NCBI RefSeq assembly: GCF_964204645.1
Contig: NC_134026.1
Coordinates: 13,018,050 to 13,082,049 of the forward strand
DNA length: 64,000 nucleotides
Reading direction: 5' to 3'
Source: Tubulanus polymorphus
Taxonomy: Eukaryota; Animalia; Nemertea
The notes below the pieces were generated by a model, which was not told the DNA's origin, searched no databases, and was given only the letters and a program-made list of their open reading frames with translations. The stretch's first letter is position 1; every line of letters begins with the position of its first letter. Position numbers and translations under genes: made by a program. Shown piece after piece: positions 48,160-59,844 of this stretch.

Positions 48160-48982
48160 GGGAAATCGACAATGTCAGGTTCTTGAATTTCTCGACTGAT
48201 GGCGCTAGTTAGAACTGGATATTGGTACCTAAATCTGCCATGTTCTAGTTTATTTGCAATAAAAATCTGGCCTCTCAATTTTTTAGTAGGCAGTAGTTAT
48301 TTTACTGGATCTGGTCACTGACTTCTGAACGCTATTTTGCAAAATATTGTCTCTAAATTGGCTGATTTACTACGCACATGCGCAAAGAGGTGCGCGGCTT
48401 AGATAATTGGAAGGAAGTGTGGAGAACAGAGTTTACCCGGACCAGTGAATTACTAGCCTAGTGTCTTCCTATTAGATCACAGAGCTCATTGAAAACCATC
48501 CGAATGTTTTAGCTACATTTAGCCTCACCTAACCCTAACCCTATCCCTACTTGTGAAATCGAACCCTGTGGACCCTCTTCTCACCCTCTTGACACTAACC
48601 CTATCCAAACCCTTACCCTAAACCCAATAAAATGATTTAATTGTTACATAATAAATGGATTTGGCAAAATAGCGTTCAGAAGTCGGTGACCGGATCCAGG
48701 TTAAATATGCACTTCCTTTTTAGTAAGTGTATTTTACGTACATACATCATCACGTTTAATCCTTTAAGTATGATATCCTGGAAATCTGTTAGATTGGACA
48801 AAACGTCAAAAATTTTCCAAAAATCACAAATTTAGTGAAAAAAAATGCTCATTAAAAACTTGAAGCGAGAGATCTTTATTGCAAATCAACAAAACAAGGT
48901 GGATTTAGGTTCCAATTTCCGGTTCTGACTAGTGCCATCATACGAGTAATTCCAGAACTTGAATTTGTTGATATTTGTATTG
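48160..48982. mobile_element. MITE with ~110-bp TIRs containing a nested MITE (48306-48699)
   Basis: Outer arms 48165-48268 and 48870-48975; inner TIR CTGGATCTGGTCACTGACTTCTGAACGCTATTTTGC / GCAAAATAGCGTTCAGAAGTCGGTGACCGGATCCAG. Confidence 0.75.
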
Positions 48983-49572
48983 GCATCATTCCTTTTCTAA
49001 AACGGAACCTGACGACCAATTATTCAATTTCCTATTTATTTATTTTTTTAAACAAGACTCATCATGCAGGTATTCCCCGCAACAACAGGTTTCAGAGGGA
49101 AGACCACCCTTTTATTTTTGTTTCAACCCATCTTAAAATGAGCCACCAATCGGTAATCGGGCGAACCATAATAGTGTTCACTGCCTGTTTTAATACTCGT
49201 CGTTGCACATTTGTTCAGGATACTACGTCTAGCCTATGTGGGTTATAGGGTTTATTCCAAAAGTTTGCAAACAAAATCCAGTTAATTTGTTTAGTTTTGG
49301 AGACATTTTTGATGCATTGTTTTCAACACATTTTATTCAATTTTCTTCCAATCTTGCCATCAACCAAACCCAGCGGAGCTATCACAGCTGACAGGCTGCT
49401 TGTTCAACACACCATACCTATTTGTAGCAGGTGTCACCTATTGTTTCGAAATTTTAGAGAAAGTTCCTACAGGCTGATTAATAATGCTGTGATAATGTTT
49501 CTTTTGTGATAGGTCACATACTTGATACTTGTTGATACTTGAAATAGGATATTGATCAGTACATTACTCATC

Positions 49573-52107
49573 ATGCCTAAAAGGAAAAGAAGAGCTGGTA
49601 GCTTTCAGCCGAAGAAGGTAAGACCCTCTTTTCATAGGCAAATGTTAATCTTCTAGTAAGAAGTATGTAGGCCTTTTTTCCGAGTAAAAAATTCATTAAG
49701 CTGTTCATCACATGTGTTAGCTGCGCAATATTTTGGTGCCTGATTTTGGTATTTTATCAGAAAAAACCATATCAGTAAATCATAAACCAGTTGCTTAGAG
49801 GGTGTGTAACTGACCAGTGTCGTATCATCCCTGGTTCTTGTTGAGATAATTATAAGCTATTGAATTGAATTGAACTCATTAGAAAATTCTACGAACGTAT
49901 AGTGAATGAATTTTTTTTCTATTTTCAGAAGGTGGAGGTGGTTGGAGTTCCCTCAGCCCTAACTGGACAAAACAGAGAGATGAAAAAAGGATCAATGGAA
50001 AAAAATTATGAAAAATCTCAAGATGAAGACTACAGAAGAGTTGAAAATGAAATCTTAAATGAAAACCTAAAAAACGCTCAAAATGAAAACTTTAACGAAA
50101 CGCAAAAAGAAAACTCTGATAACAATCAAAACAAGAAGTATGAAGTGAAAATCAATGAAAACTTTGAACCAAAAACTAATGAGAACTATGAATTGAATGC
50201 AAATGAAAAAGATGAAATGAAAATGACTGAAAAACATGGAATGAAAATGAATGAAAAATATGAAATGCATATGAATGGAAACTATGATTTGAAAACAAAT
50301 GAAAAAGATGAAATGAAAATGACTGAAAAACATGAAATGAATATTAATGAGATCTATGATCAGACTATGAATCAAAATTGTGGAACTAATTCGAATGAAG
50401 ATATGACAAAAAACAAAGTTGAGACAATTGAAGTGAAATCAGTTTTTTGTGACTTCAATCATGACAACTGTGATACGATTATGCATGACAACTATGATAA
50501 GACTAAACAAGGCAACTATGATAAGGCTATATATGGAATCTGTGAAAAGATTACACTTGACAACTGTGATAAGATTCAACATGATAACGCTGGTCACAAT
50601 ATACATGAAACCTCATCGAAAATGAAAGCTGACTCATCTATTCAACCAATTTCGAGTATGATTTCGTGTAGAGATTGTGATGGCAATTTTGGTAACAGTG
50701 AGTCATGTTTAAGTGCTGAGAATATGAGATGTTCATCAATTCATGGAAATTTCCACCAGGGTCATCCAAAATACGATATTCATTCAGGTAAGCAATGTAA
50801 CAAATGCATTAGCTGCAATGATTCATGCATCAAATAAAGCTGTAATAAACTGGATGCCTCATGATATTGATTCAGTATTGAATATTGGAAATGATTTATA
50901 CGCAACATTGACTAATATGAATACAATAACAAATATGTATTTATTGATCAGTGAGCTACCAACTGCTGTTGAGATTGGAAATTCCATTTATAATGTGACT
51001 GTTGGATCCCCTCAAGTTGCTATATCTGAATTATCTGATGAAATGAGAGCTGGAAATTTTGGAATTATCAGTGAACTACATGAATGTTTGCACAATAATC
51101 TGCTTAATTACGACACATGCTTTATAACATTTGCTGGAAATACATTTTGTGTTTTAAAACAGGATGACATGTACTGGGTATTTGATTCACATTCGAGAGA
51201 TGCATCAGGAATGATGACCGCTGATGGACATGCTGTATTAGTAAGGTACTCTTGTGTTAATTGTATTGTCAAACATTGTCAGAATCTTGCAGCTTCAATG
51301 AATCAGAGGCAACCAATACAGTATGAAATTACAGTGGCTTCTATCAACCATGAAATTGAAACTACTGTAGAGAATAGCATTATCGAAACAACGACTACAT
51401 ACTCTCCAAACTACCAACAAACAAGTAGTGAAGATGAACTGCCCTATACAAACCCAAAAGTAGATGAATGCGATGTAATTGTTACTAGTGAATCCGTGCA
51501 GCATGATGATTTAATTTACAACCCACTAGAAAAAGGTCAGTGCAAAACATTATGCTCTATTCTAGGTATTCATTGTCGACCCTCAACTCTCGGATATGAA
51601 TGTATGCCCAAATATGATGGACAACTCTACTCTCCATGTAATACGCAGAAAATTAAAGGCGATGGAAGCTGTTTTTTTCGGGCAATTTCATATTCAATCT
51701 GTGGAACTGAGCAATATCATCGGGCTATACGCACCGAAGTTTTAAAGCACATGCGGCAGAATTCCGACAAATTCCAACCACATCTGAGAAATCCACAACT
51801 TACTATAAATGAGTATATTGATGAATCCCGTATGAAATATACAGGTACTTGGGTGACAGAGGTTGAAATTCTTGCAACAGCTGATTTACTGCATGCTGAT
51901 ATATATACATTTGTAGGCAATGGTTGGTTACGATTCGCTGGTTCTACTTTCAGTGCACCAAATCGTGTGTGTGAATTAATTGGCAACATTTATTTGAAAA
52001 ATTGCAGAGGTGTACACTATGAAGTTGTGTCATGTGTGAAACAATCTGAGGAATGTATTTGCTCTTGGTGTGGCAAGCGACAAAATACTGAAAAAACTAA
52101 TGAGTAA
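49573..52107 (+). pseudogene. Spliced Helentron gene: repetitive N-terminus, herpesvirus tegument-type (C76-like) cysteine peptidase and OTU peptidase; one frameshift; truncated
   Basis: Exon 1 49573-49617 MPKRKRR, in-frame acceptor at 49928. GNFHQG...GKQC/VTNAL and VFDSHSR; GDGSCFFRAIS, W.TEVEI and HYEVV. Confidence 0.85.
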
Positions 52108-53936
52108 ATACAGTTTATAAACTGTATTTACTCATTAGAAAATGAGGTTTTTAATGTTATCGCTTTTATGGTTATTCAGGCAGATTTGTTTATAGGGGAG
52201 TTGTGTGCTGGTGCAAATGTAGTAAATGTTTCGATTATCAGAGTCTCCTATTTGGATGGGTTTTGTAATGTTATAATATGATAATGTCACAAGTTGGTAA
52301 TAGGTTTATGTTGTTTAATTCTGTCCACTTGTACACATTTGAATTTCGATGTTGTTTGCTTATCATGACACATGTGTAGGAGGTTATGGTACTGGGTTGT
52401 GTAAATGTGTATGGGAGGTTATAATATTTCGTTCTGTAGAGTCTCCTCTGCGAATATATGTCAGAGGGTGACGCGTATTAATGAAGCAGGGTGTTGTGAA
52501 GTGGTGTGTATGAAGTGTATGTTTTGATTTCGATATGTGGAAACATCTATGTGGATGTATATAGGAGGGTCAGGTGTGTTACAATAGTGGGGTTTTGTAT
52601 ATACAGGCATGTGTAGTTATGATTTTAATTTTATGTGACCTTTATGTGAATTCATTTATGAGTGACAGGGTTTATATTTTAGTGTTTTTGAAGATTGTGT
52701 GACAATAGTAAATGGGTAAATTGATGTACCTAGTTTCTAGGGAATGAAACAGTGTGTATTTGGAATTGATATGTTGTTAAGTAACAGTGGTATAAGCTGG
52801 GGAAAGTATGTAGATAGTTGTAATGGGGCATGAATGATATTTGACATTGTGATTGATATGTAGCAATGTAACAGTAAGATATGGTGGTGGATGTATATAT
52901 CTAGCTGTCATGGGGATGAAGCAGTCACTGTGTGGAATGGATGTGTTGGAATGTAACAGCTATGTACAGTGTACAAAATGAGTATTATTTCATGCTGGGG
53001 GATATTGATGCGTTGTTGCCATAGGTTTTGATGTGATAACACTGTACATATATTACCACCATTAATATTACTAAACACATATGTACAGTCTTATGAATGA
53101 TTATGTATGGAACTGTATGAAGGATTGTATTGAATATATAGGAAATGGTAATTGATCATGTAGCAATCATTTGTGGCGATGTATGTATTTTGTATTGTGC
53201 AGTGAGATAGTATTCAGAAATGTTTGTAATCAATGTTGTGGGATGAAATATAAATAAAAGGTGGATGGTATGATGATATGTGTTGTGTATAATTATTGTT
53301 TCCAAATTTGGTGCTTATCCCCATATGCTTGGCCAAGTTCTGATGTCATTTACTACATTGTCCCTGGCAAGGATTTGAGCTTGATGGCATGGCGACTGCC
53401 ACAGTACAATGGGGTTCCTGCAGTGCTGCTGTGGCAATTGAGGATTCCACTCATAGCTAGTGACAATCCGCCAGGTTGCTAGTAAGTAGTTCGTCATTCG
53501 CCAGTGCGACATATGAAAGTTAGGCAGAAACCCGTTATCGCTGCTATGCAGCTATATTTTAAGAATTTATATTTGTCCGTTTATAAAAAGTTGTTGAACT
53601 ATATCGCCTTGTATATATAATAATAAAGATGCAATGATTGTGACTTATGTGAGAACATTGAAAGAATTCTTTACAATTAATATATTTTTACGTAACAACA
53701 CATAAAAATATCAAGATCAGGCAATGATACCAGTAGTGCCTTACGTAATTATAATCAGTATTAATAACAATCATTATACTCATTATGATTAGGCCCTATA
53801 TAATTATATATTATTATTAATTACTCGCAATATAATTAATTCACCAAGTGCACATACAATTTAAAAACATTTCAGTCCAAGCTTATAAGTGGACATAGAT
53901 AAATTAGACATATCGTAGTTGCGATAACACATTAGT

Positions 53937-54450
53937 GAGACCTCACACGGCGGCTCGCGCCATTTTGCAGAGCTTCTCGGGACCTGTGGTGACAGGTCTG
54001 CATTAAAACTGATGAAATGAAGGAAAACTTTAATTTTTATGGTCTCTTCATAGTAATGAGTATAATATCAATTGATAACCATGAATAGAGTTAATGTTAA
54101 GTTACTATAAAACAATGAAGCGAGACCTCACACTGCAACGCGTGCCATTTTGCAGAGCTTCTCAGGACCTGTGGTGACAGGTCTGCATCAAAACTGATGG
54201 AATGAAGAAAAACTTTAATTTTTTATGGTCTCTATATAGTAATGAGTATAATATCAATTGCCGACCATAGGTAGATTAAATCTTAAGTTACTATAAAACA
54301 ATAATTATGATGCGAGACCTCACACGGCAGCTCGCGCCATTTTGCAGAGCTTCTCAGGACCTGTGGTGATAGGTCTGCATTAAAACTGGTGAAATGGAAA
54401 AAACTTCACTTTTTATGGTATCTTTATAGTAATGAATATAATATAGATTG
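53937..54450. repeat. Three tandem units of ~190 bp
   Basis: GAGACCTCACAC..GCCATTTTGCAGAGCTTCTC.GGACCTGTGGTGA at 53937, 54122 and 54314. Confidence 0.92.
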
Positions 54451-54786
54451 GGGAAAAATGGTGTACTGCTCAGCTTTTAACTGCAATAGCGGAACGTCAA
54501 ACGGGACTGTGTTAGGACCAAATTGTTTTCACAAGTTTCCGTTAAGGAAAAAAGCTGTGCCAGCAATGGGTAAACGCGTGAGGGAAAAAAATATTTTCGA
54601 CCGACAGTGCACTCAAATTTAGGCCGTGCTCACTTTACCGAAGATTGTTTCGTGATACCACCATCAGTTGCCCTGTCAATTGGCTATTCCCCGGCACGAT
54701 TCTACTTGAAAAAAGGTGCAATATACCAACAATTTTTGATTTGCCAACAAGAAAACAGTCCGAAAAGCGGAACAGCTCAGCAGTTC

Positions 54787-55848
54787 AAACTAGGGGTCCA
54801 GGGACACCATGCCCACTTGGGAAGTGATTTCCAATGCTCAACAATCTAACAATTTCGATATTCAATGCCCCCTGGTGACCATATACAAAAACCAATGACC
54901 TTGAAACTCACTACAATCATAGAACATGTCAGCAGCTACAATTTTGTAATTGATCGTGATAACAAAATATGCCTTGTTACCAATTTGATAAGGAAATACT
55001 AAGTAATTCTACTATTCAATGCCCCCTGGTGACCATATGCAAAACCCAATGACCTTGAAACTCACCGCAATCATAGAACATGTCATAAACTACTACTTTG
55101 CAATTGATCATGGTAACAAAATATGCCTAGGTACCAATCTAATAAGGAAATACCAAGTTATTTTACTAATGTCCTTAAAACTCACCACTATCATAGACAA
55201 TGTCATGAGCTACAACTTTGCAATTGATTGTGGTAACAAAATATGCTTAGGTATCAATATAATGTCGAAATAGCTTTTTCCCACCTACAAATGAGTACTG
55301 ATGATACCAAAATGGCCGCCAATTGCGTCATAATTGGCCGATCATAAATACCTGGCTCAGGTATAAAACATCCCTTTCCAAAGAATACCCTTCACAAATT
55401 GCAATGAGAAATGGCAAACCAGTAGGAAGCTACAGGACTCAGAATTTGGGCCAAAATTGACATTTTTGGGCACTAAAAAGGACGGCCATCTTGAGTCCGA
55501 TCGACCCAATTTTTCTTATGGTGATGGGCCCTTGGGAGATTCAATTATAAACGAAAGATCAAGGTAATTGATTTAAGCGTCTTCAAAATTTCCCTCAAAA
55601 AGTGTAAAAAGTGCTGATTTTGACGAACAACAATGGCTGCCAGTCGGCTATCTTGATTCTGACAGGGCCAGTTTTTGGGCTGAAGATGTGTCTAGGGTAG
55701 ATACATGTATAAACCAATATCAAGACATTACCTTGAAGCGTCTTCAAAACTTCCCAAAATAACTGGATTCCATCTACGGACGGACAGATGGACGGACGAA
55801 TAGTGAACGGAATAGCCCGCTGGGACTTAAGTCCCAAGTGGGCTAAAA
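54787..55848 (-). mobile_element. Non-autonomous Helentron, family B
   Basis: Subterminal repeats GCCCACTTGGGA / TCCCAAGTGGGC; terminal hairpin 55813-55845; GGAC microsatellite; internal tandem units. Confidence 0.75.
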
Positions 55849-56849
55849 AGAGATCATATAAAGGTAAGCTTATAATAATTTGTCAGGCTAAAAATGATAC
55901 CTTGTTTCTCGTAATAGGCCCGGCCACTTTAGTGAACTCCAATAAAATTTGTTGTCAGTTCATTTCTATGGCCTGTTTGGTCTGTTATTGTTAGCCTGAT
56001 TATAACTTTCAAAAAATACGTACAGGGGCTGGCCGGGTCAACTTTTAAGCTCAGCAGAAATGAGAAACAAGGAATCAATTTTCTAAACATTATGTGTTAT
56101 AGGTAAATGAGGTGGAAACACACTTTATGGCTACGAGGCCTATCCTATCTCGATTCATTGATTTAATTTTTCATTACGGATAATGAAAGAATTGTTTCCA
56201 ACTACACAGAGCACAATTACGTTAACTATGGAGGAACAGGACACCGGGTCTCGTGTTGATGACAATGACGATATATTAATACCATTCTCAAGTCCTGTTA
56301 CACCACCTGCTATCACCAAACCTAAAGCAATCTTCAACCCTGACGATTATGCCCTACCAATCCATGCTGTTGGAACACAGACACACATTGTAAGTTTTTA
56401 TCAAGTTTTTGTAACAGTCGTAGAAATTCAGTTTTCCTTTCATTTAAAATCAATGAAAAATAATCTTTATAGGAACGTCGTCATACTGGAGTACAGTATG
56501 ATGCGAGTTATTTTAGAGCTGAAGATGCTACCCAAACAGAGAGTAAGCCTACCAGTACAACATCTGCTATCCAGTGCAAGCTCCTATGTGATCATAATGT
56601 ATCGGAGGAATCGGACATAGAATGTGAGGATGATGAGGAAGAATATTTGGGTCTAACCTGGAATCCTCATGATTTTAAGTAAGTATACGAGGCTATCCTA
56701 TCTCGATTCATTGATTTAACTTTTCATTACAGATAATGAAAGAATTGTTTCCAACTATGCAGAGCATTACTATGGGGGAAAAGGACACCGTGTCCTTAAT
56801 TAGTTAAGATTAAATCTTAATAAAGTAAGATTAAGATTAAAATTAATTG

Positions 56850-58400
56850 AGACAAAGCTATCATAGACAAATATGTTAGCAAAAGATGCAAAGGACGTCT
56901 GTACTGCTGCTTTGTGGACTTAAAGGCTGCATTCGACTCAGTCCACCGGAAAGCCCTTCTATATAAACTACTGAGGCTTGGAGTCTGCGGCAACTTTCTA
57001 TCAGTACTTGAAAAGCTATACTCTAATGTCTACTATTCCATAAAAAATAGCAATCTCTTCCAAAGTCGGTGTTAAACAAGGCTGCGTTCTCAGTCTCCTT
57101 CTTTTCAACCTCTTTATACATGATCTACCAGAAGCTTTAGCAAATTGTGACCCAATATCTCTATTTGATGTCGATATCAATTGCCTTTTATATGCTGATG
57201 ACCTCAGCATAATTTTGAAATCTGCCTCGGGCCTCCAGGCGGCCACCTCAAAACTTCACTCCTACTGCCTCGAATGGGGTCTTGCTATCAATTTAAACAA
57301 GACCATATTCAACAAAAGCGGCCGTCTTTTAAAAAACCAAACATTTCACCTCAATAACGTACCTATTGAAAATGTGAACTCGTATTGGTATTGTATTTAG
57401 TATATCTGGCAAGTTCAAGAACGCCTGCGACAGACTTGTCGAGCTCGCAATTAAGGCCCTATTCAGTGTCAAATCCTTAAAGACTTGTGATAATATCACA
57501 ACTTCTCTCAAGCTCTTCAACATGTTGGTATTACCTATCCTCACCTATGGTTGCAAAGTGAAGTATGGGGTCATTCTTTCTTTCTAAAATTGACAAAAAT
57601 AACTTTCTCGCTATATGTCACTCTTTTCCTGCAGAAAAAACAGCCCTGAACTTCTACAAATTCATTCTAGGTGTAAACAGAAAAACCTCAAACCCGGCAA
57701 CCAGGGGGGACTTGGCCGGTTTCCCATTCTCCTCTGTCTATCATCCCCCAGCTTATTAATTATTGGTTCCGTATATGTAATCTCAGCCCCTCCACTCTTA
57801 TTAGGAAAGCCTATATTGACTGCCTCAGTAACCCAAATGTCACCGGGTGCTCGGGCATCAAGACTATATACTTGACTGCCTCAATCTTGGTAGTGCCTGG
57901 TTGAACCAAGGTTTCAGCCTCCGGCCTAGCACTATAAGAGCTCAATGGCTCCAATTCATCAACGATCCCTCCAATTCTAAAGTTATAAACCTTTCAAAAC
58001 CGCTTTCTACACAGAGAATTACATCATGTGTCCCAACCCCTTAACATTAGACGACATTTCACAAAACTTAGAGTTTCCAACCACTCACTTCACATAGAAA
58101 CTGGTCGCCACATCCGTCCAATTACCCCCATTGAGAACTGGACCTGTAAGCTCTGCATTTTAAATCAAATTGAGGACGAAAAGCACTTCCTTCTGGGTTG
58201 CACTACACTCTCAATAATCCGCACTGAACATCTCGCCAACATCACTAATACAATCCCTTCTTTCCCAACACTTAATCCTGATTAATCCAATTCGCTCTCC
58301 TCTTTTCTAATTGTAATAACGATTCTGAAATAGGCAAAGTCATATGCAACCTGGTAAATGATCTAGCTAGCCTCCGTCAAAACTTTAATTAAACTAGATA
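56850..58400 (+). mobile_element. Non-LTR retrotransposon RT and C-terminal fragment (RTE-X-like, tentative)
   Basis: FVDLKAAFDSVHR, GVKQGCVLS..LFNLFI, LLYADDL, KFILGV, LRVSNHSLHIETGR..CKLC..EDEKHFLLGC. Confidence 0.85.
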
Positions 58401-59576
58401 CGGATACCGCTTTATTCTGGGTTGAGTAGATTACTCTCTGTACATTTTTTCCATATGTATAAGTGCATATACATGTATGTATGTATATACGTGTTTATAT
58501 TCATTGTAAGTTCATATATAGGCTGTAATTAATCAAAATTTCTGTTTTGAGTCAGCAGTGTTATCTCTGCTGACCATCTGTACGACCTGCCTGTCACCAT
58601 GTCAAGTAACCAAACGTTAAGTATCTGGATCAGCCATGAAGTACCAGGCTGTCTGTAGTGGACCGGATTCGCATGTTAGGGAATGGTCTTCACAGCCAGA
58701 ACATCAACGGATGGCACTAGGAAATTTACTTGCTGGGTCAGGTGTGTTCTTCAGTGCGCTGAGCTCAAGTAAGTTCTTCACCATGTGCCAGAGTCTCAAC
58801 ATCAAGATGATAGACTTGCGCCATTTCTTCAGACTGCAACGGAGTTACCCGAGTTTGGCTATCTAAAATGTTTGGACTCAGAATCAGAAAGTAATAGTGA
58901 TGGAACTACAAAAGTGAATCAAAAAGACGAAAAACAAGCTATCGCTTGGTAGAGATGGGCGCTGCTGTTCACCGGGCCATACAGCTAAGTATGGTTCATG
59001 CTAAATCATTGATATAGAGACCCAAAAGATTCTGGACTTTCAACTCACACAGGTAAGTCATTAGGTTTTCTCAGCTATGTGAAACTCTAAGAAGATGTAC
59101 AGGTAATTTTTAAAAATTCGAAAGGTTATACCTGATTTTTATTCATTGTTTATTTTGCAGAGCAACGAAGTAAAAAGTTCAAATTCAATTGAGTTGGAGG
59201 GATTCAAACGATGTATGGCATTTATGAAAGCAAATAAACTGGATGTGAAAGACATTACCACCGATCGTCATGGTCAAATCAACAAGTTTTTACGGCAGAA
59301 GATGAAAAATTTTATCCACTTCATTGATCCATGGCAAATATCAAAAGATATTCAATTTGCAGATATAATAATTATTAATGAGTCGAGAAGATTCACAATA
59401 TCCGTGTAAGATGAATAACGATAATTAGCCATCATCAGTACACCCGATGATGGCTAATAGTTATTAGGGATCATTCATTCATCACGTACGCAAAAAATTT
59501 GAATTTTTCAACCCCCCTCCCCCATGTATGCAAAAGAGGCCGTTTTTTTCATATACATTAAGCATTACAGTACGCA

Positions 59577-59844
59577 TGTCATGACTGATATGCTCTATTC
59601 CACATTTCAATACATTATAAGTTTACTGTCTATGGTTTTGTATACAGTATTCTCAAAGTTGGTATCCAGTCATATCACAATCTATTCTCAATAAACTGTT
59701 AAATGTTAAGCGACCATATAATATAATATATATACATGTACGCTATATATATACAGTCACCTAAATAAAGCGGTTAGGCATTCGAGTTCACATTACTACA
59801 CCGTGTTGGTCGTTTCTTACTTTGGGTCTGCCGCATTCCTGACA
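59577..59844 (+). repeat. 5' LTR of a BEL/Pao retrotransposon
   Basis: TGTCATGA...TCCTGACA ends, AATAAA inside, followed by primer-binding-site-like TTTGGTCCCTCG. Confidence 0.7.

Larger units (their letters stand above)
46935..53559 (+). mobile_element. Helentron derivative (family A ends) lacking Rep/helicase
   Basis: 5' hairpin TTAGGGTTTCTGC..GCAGAAACCCT plus (ATT)n; 3' subterminal repeat GCAGAAACCCG plus stem GCTGC-TAT-GCAGC then TATATTT; internal protease gene. Confidence 0.75.
54459..59350 (+). mobile_element. Second Kolobok-type THAP-transposase gene, spliced, decayed and interrupted by several insertions
   Basis: MVYCSAFNC..FHKFP, HFTEDCF, LKKG.IPTIF; WSSQP..GNLL; DGRCCSPGHTAKYG; QSNEVKSSN.IELEG; TTDRH. 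Confidence 0.8.

Noticed and set aside
48528-48625. CCCTAA telomere-like repeats
   Set aside because: Few and degenerate, inside a nested MITE; not a telomere.
50067-50375. Hydrophobic Phe/His-rich antisense ORF; also 15295-15579, 25143-25592 and 3346-3754
   Set aside because: Shadow frames opposite genuine coding sequence.
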